From positions 210,001 to 242,000 of the forward strand of contig NZ_RSDW01000001.1 in assembly GCF_003945235.1 (NCBI RefSeq): a stretch of DNA of 32,000 nucleotides, given 5' to 3'. The DNA is from Edaphobacter aggregans. Its GTDB lineage: Bacteria > Acidobacteriota > Terriglobia > Terriglobales > Acidobacteriaceae. The notes under the pieces are model-generated. The model was not told the origin of the DNA. It did not search any database and was given only the letters and a program-made list of their open reading frames with translations. Made by a program: the position numbers and the translations under genes. Positions 24,491 to 32,000 of this stretch are shown piece after piece (positions within the stretch are counted from its first letter, which is position 1; each line of letters begins with the position of its first letter).

Positions 24491-25078
24491 ATGTCCTCCA
24501 AGCCGCTCACTATAGGCATTCTCGCCCTCCAGGGCGCCTACGAAGCCCACGCCAAAACGCTCCGCACCCTTGGCGCAACACCCAGGCTCGTCCGCCTCCC
24601 AGCCGACCTTGAAGGCATCGACGGCCTCATCATGCCCGGCGGCGAGTCCACCACAATGCTCAAATTTCTTGAGCGTCACGACTTCTTCGACACCCTCAAA
24701 ACCTTCGTCCAGACCACCCCTACCTTCGGCACCTGCGCCGGAGCTATCCTCCTCGCCACGGACGTCGAAAACCCCACCCAGAAATCCCTGGCCGCCCTCG
24801 ACATCACCGTCGAGCGAAACGCCTATGGCCGCCAGATCGACTCCACCATCCTCCACGCCGACTCAAAGCTCCCCGGCGGCCCCCTCGAGATGGTCTTCAT
24901 CCGCGCACCCCGCATCACCCGCACCGGCGAAGCAGTAGAAACCCTCGCCACCCGCGAAGCAAACCCGGTGCTCGTCCGTCAGGGACACATCCTCGCCGCC
25001 ACCTTCCACCCCGAACTCAGCCACGATACGCGCGTCCACGAGCTCTTCCTGAACCTCGTTCGCCACCACTCCCATTAA
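24491..25078 (+). CDS. pdxT: Pyridoxal 5'-phosphate synthase, glutaminase subunit
   Basis: PdxT class-I amidotransferase motifs are present: IGILALQGA, MPGGESTTM, the catalytic FGTCAG, and TFHPELS. Confidence 0.95.
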   Translation: MSSKPLTIGILALQGAYEAHAKTLRTLGATPRLVRLPADLEGIDGLIMPGGESTTMLKFLERHDFFDTLKTFVQTTPTFGTCAGAILLATDVENPTQKSLAALDITVERNAYGRQIDSTILHADSKLPGGPLEMVFIRAPRITRTGEAVETLATREANPVLVRQGHILAATFHPELSHDTRVHELFLNLVRHHSH

Positions 25079-25119
25079 TCATTTCTTGCGCGTCCCCGGA
25101 GTGCAAGGCATGATGTACC

Positions 25120-26115
25120 ATGCCGCGACGGCTTTTACGGAGCTTTCAAGTGTTAAGGCAATCTCTCCCCACGGCAACGTCCAGCCGCTTCCGGCTGGCA
25201 GGCATCCTCTTCGGATTGCTCTGCGGATTGCTCTGTCAGGCTCATGCACAAGCGCCAGCCACCCTCGCGACACTGCTGCAGGAGTGCATGGATCGCGCCA
25301 ACGCCGGCGACAGCTCCGCCGCCTTCAATGCCGTCCTCAACCTTGCCGAAGCGCTGGGCAAAGCTCCTCTCTCCGAAGTGAAAGAGGTTCTTCCAGCAAT
25401 CATGCAAGCGGTCGACGACAAGAACCCCGCCATCCGCACGCTCGCGCTCAATAGCCTCGTCGCCATCCAGAGCCGCTCCAATCCGGACCGCACCCTCCGT
25501 GGTGACGCCCTCCCTCTTCTCGAACCCGAAATCCCCCGCATCGCCGCCCACCTCACCGACGACGACACCCACATCCGCAGCACTGCAGCCAACGTCCTCG
25601 GAGGCTTCAGCCCCAAACCGCCCGAAACCGTCTTCCCCCCACTTATCGCCTACCTCAAGCGCGACGACGCCGTCAGCTCCGTCGGCTCCAGCATCGTCTT
25701 CCAGCTCGTCCGTCTCGGCCCGCAACGTCCTCCAGTCGCAACAGCCATCACCGGCTTCCTCAATCGCAACGACCAGACCCCGGACTGTCTCATCAGCTCG
25801 ATCGACGCCATCGCTCACGCACCCATCCAGAACGAAGCGATCGACACCGGCGTCGTCCATAACCTCGACCCCCCGCGTCCCACCGCCGTCCGCATCGCGG
25901 TCATCCGCGACTTGCCCGAACTCCAACTCCCCGGCGACGTCTTCACCGCCACCCAGGCCCGTCTCCGCCAGATTGCCGCCAGCGAACAGGAAGACGCCAC
26001 CGTCCGCACTGCCGCTAACTCCATCCTTCCCTGCTGGACAAATGACCGCCACACACCCTGCCCCGCCTTCACTCTCCCTCCCCCCACGCCCGAGTTACCC
26101 GATGAATCTGCCTAG
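25120..26115 (+). CDS. Secreted HEAT/armadillo-like repeat protein
   Basis: Signal peptide ...FRLAGILFGLLCGLLCQAHAQ. Helical-repeat motifs recur (NPAIRTLALNSL, DTHIRSTAANVLG, AVRIAVIRDL, ATVRTAANSIL). An alternative start at GTG 25150 has GGAG 7 nt upstream. The stop lies 25 nt before ctaC. Confidence 0.6.
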   Translation: MPRRLLRSFQVLRQSLPTATSSRFRLAGILFGLLCGLLCQAHAQAPATLATLLQECMDRANAGDSSAAFNAVLNLAEALGKAPLSEVKEVLPAIMQAVDDKNPAIRTLALNSLVAIQSRSNPDRTLRGDALPLLEPEIPRIAAHLTDDDTHIRSTAANVLGGFSPKPPETVFPPLIAYLKRDDAVSSVGSSIVFQLVRLGPQRPPVATAITGFLNRNDQTPDCLISSIDAIAHAPIQNEAIDTGVVHNLDPPRPTAVRIAVIRDLPELQLPGDVFTATQARLRQIAASEQEDATVRTAANSILPCWTNDRHTPCPAFTLPPPTPELPDESA

Positions 26116-26140
26116 CAACCTCATCGCGTTATCCTGAACT

Positions 26141-26896
26141 GTGTCTCCCATCCCCCAACAGGCAGCGATTCTCTACACGATCCCCTCGTGGCTGCCCACC
26201 GACGCCAGTGCCCACGGCCCCGCCCTCGACCACCATCTCCTCCTTAACCTCTGGCTCTTCCTCGCCCTCGCCACTCTCGCACACCTCATCCTCCTCATCG
26301 GCCTCATCGCCAGCCGCACCGTCGAGCCCAGAAACCTCTGGCGCGTCGAATATCTTCCGCTAGCCATCCTCACCATCCTCTTCGCCACCCTTACCATCAA
26401 GGCCGAGCGCCTCTGGGCAGCTGCCCGCTACACCGGAGCCTCCCCCGCCGCCCTCCAGGTCGAAGTCACTGGCATGCAATTCGCCTGGTACTTTCGCTAC
26501 CCCGGCCCCGACGCCATCTTCGGCATAACCCGCCCCCAACTCGTAGCCCCCGGCGAAGGCAACCCCCTCGGCATCGACCCTACCGACCCCCACAGCGCCG
26601 ACGACACCGTCACCTCTGAACTAGTCCTGCCCTCCAACCGCGAAATAGACCTCCGCCTCCGCGCACAGGACGTCATCCACGGCTTCTCCATTCCCGAACT
26701 CCGCCTCAAGCAAAACGCCGTCCCCGGCCAGACCATCCATATCCACTTCACCCCAACTACCCCCGGCACCTACGCTATCCTCTGCACCCAACTCTGCGGC
26801 CTGGGCCACTACCGCATGAACGCCACCCTACGCATCGTCCCCCCGGACGAATTCGCCACATGGCTAGCCGAAAAACAAAAGGCGGCCAAGCCATGA
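26141..26896 (+). CDS. ctaC: Cytochrome c oxidase subunit II (CuA cupredoxin domain, no fused cytochrome c)
   Basis: Two N-terminal TM helices are followed by CuA ligands H-x34-CTQLCGLGHYRM. GTG 26141 is the only start available after the in-frame TGA at 26135. Confidence 0.9.
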   Translation: MSPIPQQAAILYTIPSWLPTDASAHGPALDHHLLLNLWLFLALATLAHLILLIGLIASRTVEPRNLWRVEYLPLAILTILFATLTIKAERLWAAARYTGASPAALQVEVTGMQFAWYFRYPGPDAIFGITRPQLVAPGEGNPLGIDPTDPHSADDTVTSELVLPSNREIDLRLRAQDVIHGFSIPELRLKQNAVPGQTIHIHFTPTTPGTYAILCTQLCGLGHYRMNATLRIVPPDEFATWLAEKQKAAKP

Positions 26897-28707
26897 ACCC
26901 AAGCAATCCAACCAACCCACAGAAGCCAAACCCCGCCACGAGCCCCCTGCTCCCTGTTCCCTACTCCCTGTTCCCTCGCCTCACTGACCACCGCACCATC
27001 GGCCTCCAATACCTGGCCCTCGCCCTCATCTCCGTCACCATCGGAACCCTCCTCTCGCTGCTCATGCGCATCCACCTCGTCTGGCCCGCATGGTCGCTGC
27101 CCCTCCACGGCCCCATCCTGCCGGAAGACTACCTAGCCCTGGTCACGATCCACGGCACGATAATGCTCTTCTTCGTCCTCACGACGGCCCCGCAAGCCGG
27201 CTTCGGCAACCTCATCCTTCCTGCGCAAATCGGCGCCCGCAGCATGGCCTTCCCTCTGCTGAACGCCGCCAGCTTCTGGCTTACCGCACTGGCTCTCATC
27301 ATCCTCCTGTCTTCCACCTTCGTCCCCGGAGGCTCCGCCATCTCCGGCTGGACCGCCTACCCACCCCTAAGCGCCGTCGCAAGCGCAGGCCCAGGCCAAG
27401 CCCTAGGCATGGATCTCTGGCTAGCGAGCATCGCCCTCTTCGCCATAGCCTCCACGGCAAGCTCCATCAACACCCTCACCACCATCATCAAAAACCGCTG
27501 CGAAGGGATGACCTGGGATCGCCTCCCCCTCACGGTCTGGGGATGGTTCACCGCCGCGATCCTCAGCATCATCGCCTTCTCCGTCCTCCTCGCAGCCCTC
27601 CTCATGCTCTTCTGCGATCGCCACGCCGGAACCAGCTTCTTCCTCCCCGCAGGCAATCTCGTCAATGGAGTCCTCCGCACCAAAGGAAACGGCACCCCCC
27701 TCCTCTGGCTCCACCTCTTCTGGTTCTTCGGACACCCCGAGGTCTACATCGCCATCCTCCCCGGCATGGGCCTGACCTCAATGCTCCTCGCCAACTTCAG
27801 CCGCCGCCGAGTCTTCGCCTACCGCACCATGATCATCACCACGCTCATGATCGGCTTTCTCGGCATCCTTCTCTGGGGACACCACATGTTCGTCGCCGGC
27901 CTCAACCCCTTCGCCAGTTCCGCCTTTTCTGTCACCACCATCGCCATCGCCCTCCCAGCCTCCGCGAAAGTCCTCAGCTGGCTAGCCACCGTATGGCGCT
28001 CGAAGCCCCAATACACCTCCGCGATGCTCTTCTCCCTCGGCTTCGTCTCTCTCTTCATCACCGGAGGCCTAACCGGCCCCATCCTCGCCCAACCCATCCT
28101 CGATGAATACCTCCACAACACCCTCTTCGTCGTTGCCCACTTCCACCTCATCATGGCGATGGCCGGCATCTTCGCTCTCTTCGCCGCCACCTACTACTGG
28201 TTCCCCCTCATCACCGCCCGAAGTGGCAAACCCGGCCGCCTCATGTCTGAACCCCTCGGTCGCCTCCACTTCTGGCTCACCTTCCTCGGAGCCTACGCCA
28301 CCTTCCTCCCCATGCACCTTACAGGGCTAGCTGGAGAACCCCGCCACTACTCCCAGCTCACCGGAGTCCCCGGCCCCGCAGGATTGCTCAGCCCCGCCGG
28401 TCACCTTCTTGCTGCAACCCTACCCCTCAACCGGCACATCACCTACGCGGCCATCTTCCTCGCCACTGCCCAAATCCTCTTCTTCGTAAACCTCATCCGA
28501 AGCTTCCGCCACGGCACCTTCGCCTCGCAAAACCCATGGCAGGCAACAACATTAGAATGGCACCCAGTCTTGCACCCAAATGCGCCCGTCGAAGCATCTG
28601 AAACAAAAGTCGTCGTCCATCGTCAACCATGTGAGTACCTCTCGGCCCCCGCCACAGACTCGTTCCTCCCACAATGGATCGAGACTGCAGACACAAAACC
28701 GGAGTAA
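26893..28707 (+). CDS. ctaD: Cytochrome c oxidase subunit I (haem-copper oxidase)
   Basis: ATGA overlap with the ctaC stop. All six canonical His ligands are present (TIHG, WFFGHPEVY, GHHMF, VAHFHLIM), as is the K-channel Lys (PASAKVLSW). The track start at 26860 is an upstream extension overlapping ctaC. Confidence 0.95.
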   Translation: MNPSNPTNPQKPNPATSPLLPVPYSLFPRLTDHRTIGLQYLALALISVTIGTLLSLLMRIHLVWPAWSLPLHGPILPEDYLALVTIHGTIMLFFVLTTAPQAGFGNLILPAQIGARSMAFPLLNAASFWLTALALIILLSSTFVPGGSAISGWTAYPPLSAVASAGPGQALGMDLWLASIALFAIASTASSINTLTTIIKNRCEGMTWDRLPLTVWGWFTAAILSIIAFSVLLAALLMLFCDRHAGTSFFLPAGNLVNGVLRTKGNGTPLLWLHLFWFFGHPEVYIAILPGMGLTSMLLANFSRRRVFAYRTMIITTLMIGFLGILLWGHHMFVAGLNPFASSAFSVTTIAIALPASAKVLSWLATVWRSKPQYTSAMLFSLGFVSLFITGGLTGPILAQPILDEYLHNTLFVVAHFHLIMAMAGIFALFAATYYWFPLITARSGKPGRLMSEPLGRLHFWLTFLGAYATFLPMHLTGLAGEPRHYSQLTGVPGPAGLLSPAGHLLAATLPLNRHITYAAIFLATAQILFFVNLIRSFRHGTFASQNPWQATTLEWHPVLHPNAPVEASETKVVVHRQPCEYLSAPATDSFLPQWIETADTKPE

Positions 28708-28745
28708 GCTCTTCTCAGCGTCAGCGCCTGCCATGAAAGGCCGCC

Positions 28746-29519
28746 ATGCCATCCACCATTACGCCGATCAACACGGAACGAGACAAAAAGCGCCGGGTCG
28801 AAGATCACGATCATGGCTCAGGCCGCCGTCCACCGACTGACAAGCGTACCGGCGGAGGCGGCGACAATAACGACAACTGGAACGATCGATCCGGCAGCAA
28901 AGGCCCACGCGAGCGCCTAAGCCGTTACCGGCTCGGCCTCTTCTGCGCACTCGCAGGCGACCTCATGTTCTTCGTCGCCCTCGTCAGCGCCTTCTTCGTC
29001 TCCCAGTCCACAGGCCGCTACAACGTCTACAACCAATACGTTAACGAGTGGCTCCCCACCGTCATCCCACCTATCCTCTGGCTCAACACCGCCGTTCTCC
29101 TCCTCAGTAGCGTAACCATCGAGATCGCCCGCCGCCACATGTTCCGCGAAAACGACGTCATGGACGAGTGGCTCGGCATCGGCAAACCCATCACCCGCCG
29201 GGCCTTCCCCTGGATCGCCGCCACCAGCTTCCTCGGCCTCGTCTTCCTTGCCGGGCAGTCGCTCGCATGGCATCAGCTCGCCCTCCAGCACGTCTTCTTC
29301 AAATCAAACCCCAGCAGCCACTTCTTCTACCTCATCACCTACACCCACGCCATCCATCTGTTCCTGGGCATCACCGCTCTGGCCACCACCCTGATCGCGC
29401 TCAAAGTCTCCCGCTCCCTGGAAAGCCGCCAGATCCTGGTCGACTGCACAGCATGGTACTGGCACACAATGGGCCTCTTCTGGATCTTCCTCTTCGCCTT
29501 GCTGGCCTTCTTCCAGTGA
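28746..29519 (+). CDS. ctaE: Cytochrome c oxidase subunit III-like protein with ~60-aa Gly/Asp/Asn/Arg-rich N-terminal extension
   Basis: The C-terminal ~195 aa form about 5 TM helices with subunit-III motifs YTHAIHLFLGI and AWYWHTMGLFWIFLF. The N-terminus is low complexity (RRPPTDKRTGGGGDNNDNWNDRSGSKG). Confidence 0.8.
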   Translation: MPSTITPINTERDKKRRVEDHDHGSGRRPPTDKRTGGGGDNNDNWNDRSGSKGPRERLSRYRLGLFCALAGDLMFFVALVSAFFVSQSTGRYNVYNQYVNEWLPTVIPPILWLNTAVLLLSSVTIEIARRHMFRENDVMDEWLGIGKPITRRAFPWIAATSFLGLVFLAGQSLAWHQLALQHVFFKSNPSSHFFYLITYTHAIHLFLGITALATTLIALKVSRSLESRQILVDCTAWYWHTMGLFWIFLFALLAFFQ

Positions 29520-29731
29520 ACCTCCGCACCCTCACCCTAAGCCTCACACTCGCCGCCACCCTCCTCGCGCCCATCCCAACCCACGCCCAGGGTTGCGCCC
29601 AATGCCGCGACAACACCGCCGCCACCCCCCCGACAACACAGAGAGCCTACCGCCGAGCCATCACCCTCCTCACCATCACGGCAAGCGGCATCTTCCTGAC
29701 CACACTTACCTTCCTTAAACGCCAGCGCTAA
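29516..29731 (+). CDS. 71-aa signal-peptide / CxxC / C-terminal TM-anchor protein (only visible as the tail of track ORF 29168..29731)
   Basis: GTG 29516 overlaps the ctaE stop (GTGA). The product is MNLRTLTLSLTLAATLLAPIPTHAQG-CAQC-RDNTAATPPTTQRAYRR-AITLLTITASGIFLTTLTFL-KRQR. Codon usage is C-ending like its neighbours. Confidence 0.5.
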   Translation: MNLRTLTLSLTLAATLLAPIPTHAQGCAQCRDNTAATPPTTQRAYRRAITLLTITASGIFLTTLTFLKRQR

Positions 29732-29845
29732 CCAGAAAACACCACCTTCTGACACGCGTTTTTCAATCGAGTTACCAACACCGGCGCTCCATTTTGGCCC
29801 GGGATATACTGTGCTGCTAGCCAACCCAAAATAAGGAGCCACTCC

Positions 29846-30721
29846 TTGAAGCTGCTGGTCAAGTTTAACATTCTGCTCATCGCCGTCTTCAGTCTGGGCC
29901 TCGGCCTGATCGCACTCGAAGCCCGTAGTTTCCTCGAGAGGCAAGCCCAAAACGAAGTCCTCCAGGAAGCCGGAGTCATGGCAGCCAGCGCGATGGCAAC
30001 GCGCAACTACACCGATCACGAAGTTTCCCCACTCCTCGAAAAAACCGCAGAGCACGAAGAAACCTTCCTCCCCCAAACGATCCCATTCTTCGCCGCAACA
30101 AAGACTTTTCAGGCAATCCGGCAGACCTATCCCGACTACACCTACAAAGAAGCCGCCCTCAACCCAACCAATCCCATCGATCGCGCAACCGATTGGGAAG
30201 CAGACATCATCAACTACTTCCGGAACTCCCCCAAACAGACGGAGCTAATTCGCACCCGTGAAGCAGCCACCGGAACAAACCTCTACATGGCGCATCCCAT
30301 CCGAGTCGAAACCGGATGCCTCCCCTGTCACAGCACGCCGGACGCCGCCCCCAAGTCCATGATCAAGCACTACGGCCAGCAGAACGGCTTCGGCTGGAAC
30401 CTCGGCGAGGTCATCGGAGCGCAAATCATCTCAGTCCCCATGACCGTCCCTCTGCAAAAAGCACGTCAGGGACTCAACGAGCTGCTGATCGACCTAGCCC
30501 TGATCTTTCTGCTCGCCATCATCCTGATCGACGTAGGCCTATACTTCATCGTCATCCGGCCTCTCAGAACCATCTCCATCTCCGCAGACCTCATCAGTCA
30601 AGGCGAGCTGAACCTGGAACCCTTGCCAGTAAAAGGCAACGACGAAGTCTCCATGGTCACGCGATCCTTCAACCGAATGCACACCAGCCTCAAAAAGGCG
30701 ATGGACCTGCTAAACGGCTAA
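29846..30721 (+). CDS. DUF3365 (Tll0287-like haem-c sensor domain) + TM + HAMP protein, no output domain
   Basis: TTG start with AAGGAG 7 nt upstream. The architecture is an N-terminal TM helix, a periplasmic domain, a second TM helix and a HAMP domain. The periplasmic domain has FLPQTIPFFAA, YKEAALNPTNP, the CLPCH haem-c site (30317-30331) and GFGWNLGEVIGAQIISVP. The HAMP region is RPLRTISISADLISQGEL...DEVSMVTRSFNRM, and the protein ends about 10 aa after it. Confidence 0.8.
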   Translation: MKLLVKFNILLIAVFSLGLGLIALEARSFLERQAQNEVLQEAGVMAASAMATRNYTDHEVSPLLEKTAEHEETFLPQTIPFFAATKTFQAIRQTYPDYTYKEAALNPTNPIDRATDWEADIINYFRNSPKQTELIRTREAATGTNLYMAHPIRVETGCLPCHSTPDAAPKSMIKHYGQQNGFGWNLGEVIGAQIISVPMTVPLQKARQGLNELLIDLALIFLLAIILIDVGLYFIVIRPLRTISISADLISQGELNLEPLPVKGNDEVSMVTRSFNRMHTSLKKAMDLLNG

Positions 30722-30732
30722 GCCAATATCCC

Positions 30733-31824
30733 TCACCGAGGCCGGCTGCGCAGAAATTTCTGTCGATCCGCATCGTTCTCTATGTGTTTGGAAGCTTCGG
30801 TATAAATCTTGTCGAGATCCCCATACTGCTTCGCCAACCGGTTCACCACGACCTTCGCAATCGGCCCGATGTACGCCGCCAGAGTCCGAATAACGGGCTC
30901 AAGCGGCAGCGAAGCGACTCCGCTAGACGGCTGTTTATTGAACTCATCCGTACTGATGCGCTGCCAACTCGGCGCCGGGGTCTCTGTCGTGCCTTCAGTC
31001 GAAGCCGCGACATTATGAAGTCGAAGTTCAGCCAAAAACTCCGCAGCCGTCACAAACTTCCGCGCCGGATCCTTAGCCAGTGCCCTGTCAATGACGTTCG
31101 AAAGATGTGCCGGAATATCAGGCCGCAGCGTGCTCAGCGACACTGGAACCTTATGGATATGAGCCATCATGAGCTCATACGTATTTGCCCCCTGCAACGG
31201 CGGCTGCCCTGCAATCAACTCATACAGTGTCACTCCAAGCGAGTAAAAATCGGATTGCGCCGTCGCTCTCTCTCCACGAAACTGCTCCGGCGACATATGC
31301 GTCGGCGATCCAATAAAAGATCCCGTAGCGGTCAGATCCGTCGCGCGTTCCTTGGTCGCAATCCCGAAATCCAGCAGCTTCACCGAACCGTTCGCGCCAA
31401 CCATGATGTTCGACGGCTTGATATCCCGATGCACCACGCCCGCCTGATGAGCATAATCAAGTGCGGAAACCACCTCTGCAGCAAAATCCACCAGATGCCG
31501 GATAGGTATCCGCATGCGGAGACTGCGAGACCGCAGATTCTCGCCCTCCACCAACTCCATAATCATCACAAGCTGTTCGTCAAAGTAAAACGCATTGTGG
31601 AGCCGAGCAATGTTCGGATGATTCAGCGATCCAAGCAGCTGAATCTCGCGCCGAAATCGCTCCGTCATCTCGGGCGTATCCGTCTGCTCAGGCCGGAGCA
31701 CCTTGAGCGCCTCAGGTCGTTGCGAAATCAGATGCTTGGCCTCATAGACCGATCCGTGCCCACCGCTTCCCAGCACCCGGACGATCTCGTACTCCCCGAT
31801 CACCTGCCCTGCTTCAAAGGCCAT
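30733..31824 (-). CDS. Hanks-type Ser/Thr protein kinase with ~90-aa non-catalytic C-terminal tail
   Basis: Kinase motifs present are GSGGHGSVY, ALKVL, HRDIKPSNIMV, DFGIA and SPTHMSPEQ. No TM segment is present. The tail ...LAAYIGPIAKVVVNRLAKQYGDLDKIY... is unassigned. Confidence 0.92.
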   Translation of the reverse strand: MAFEAGQVIGEYEIVRVLGSGGHGSVYEAKHLISQRPEALKVLRPEQTDTPEMTERFRREIQLLGSLNHPNIARLHNAFYFDEQLVMIMELVEGENLRSRSLRMRIPIRHLVDFAAEVVSALDYAHQAGVVHRDIKPSNIMVGANGSVKLLDFGIATKERATDLTATGSFIGSPTHMSPEQFRGERATAQSDFYSLGVTLYELIAGQPPLQGANTYELMMAHIHKVPVSLSTLRPDIPAHLSNVIDRALAKDPARKFVTAAEFLAELRLHNVAASTEGTTETPAPSWQRISTDEFNKQPSSGVASLPLEPVIRTLAAYIGPIAKVVVNRLAKQYGDLDKIYTEASKHIENDADRQKFLRSRPR

Positions 31825-32000
31825 CGGCTAATAATATAGCCAACGAATGGCATGTCCACATCAACGTCAATAACCACATGCATCGACCAGCGACCGGCCG
31901 ACGAGGTATAACTTGCCGCCGCAAAAATGCCATAATCTCTGTGATCTAAGGATCCAACCAGCTTTGACCGACGCCAACCCCAACCCGCCGTCCCAACCCC

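Noticed and set aside
25153-26137. 299-aa minus ORF and 212-aa + ORF over the HEAT-protein gene
   Set aside because: Both give low-complexity G/D/A-rich or S/P/T-rich translations. The 25120 frame has a signal peptide and repeat structure.
27090-28106. 338-aa + ORF inside ctaD
   Set aside because: It is off-frame relative to ctaD and gives an Arg/Pro/His-rich product.
29732-29764. Possible terminator after the oxidase operon (cagaa...ttctg, acgcgt, ttttt)
   Set aside because: The stems are only 5-6 bp and imperfect. A U-run is present, but the structure is too weak to call.
30316-31839. 507-aa + strand ORF
   Set aside because: It is antisense to the Ser/Thr kinase and overlaps the 3' end of the HAMP gene. 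The product is Arg/His/Pro-rich with no motifs.
31964-32000. Possible start of a + strand gene (TTG with AAGGA 10 nt upstream, C-ending codons)
   Set aside because: Only 37 nt are visible, which cannot support a CDS call.
1-32000. Searched for tRNA/rRNA, CRISPR arrays, IS/transposase/integrase genes, terminal inverted repeats and known defence-system genes
   Set aside because: None were seen. No spaced direct-repeat arrays, no T-loop/acceptor-like structures and no recombinase motifs were found in any supported frame.

Overview
This is a gene-dense, high-GC chromosomal window with a strong bias towards C-ending codons. That bias produces many long spurious off-frame and antisense ORFs in the supplied track. 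The taxon cannot be verified here. The Thr/Pro-rich Ig-like surface protein and the general gene content suggest an Acidobacteriota-like soil bacterium, but that is inference only. I support about 32 CDS. In order they are: the 3' part of a giant repeat surface protein; a NOX-type ferric-reductase/FAD/NAD flavocytochrome plus an unlisted 31-codon micro-ORF; an M28 aminopeptidase; ribBA; a small basic protein; an S10 carboxypeptidase; a Tat-exported PaoABC-type molybdo-aldehyde oxidoreductase operon; a membrane-anchored rhodanese preceded by small membrane ORFs in an AT-richer patch; a TonB-C domain protein; RecQ with two HRDC domains; a PaaI thioesterase; a GT2 glycosyltransferase; pdxS; a four-gene block (VOC, PNPOx-family flavoprotein, di-haem cytochrome c peroxidase, phosphoesterase); pdxT; an oxidase operon (HEAT protein, ctaC, ctaD, ctaE, and an unlisted 71-aa CxxC ORF); a DUF3365 haem-c/HAMP sensor with no output domain; and a Hanks-type Ser/Thr kinase. 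I found no rRNA, tRNA, CRISPR array, transposase, integrase or recognisable defence system. Nothing here is clearly a new system. The most interesting candidates are: (1) the oxidase cluster, with atypical proton-channel residues, a CxxC micro-protein and the neighbouring output-less haem sensor; (2) the NOX-like gene with its coupled micro-ORF; (3) the split of pdxS from pdxT by a 4.3 kb block; (4) the odd C-terminus of the surface protein; (5) the AT-richer small-ORF patch upstream of the rhodanese. All homology calls rest on motif recognition by eye. No searches were run.
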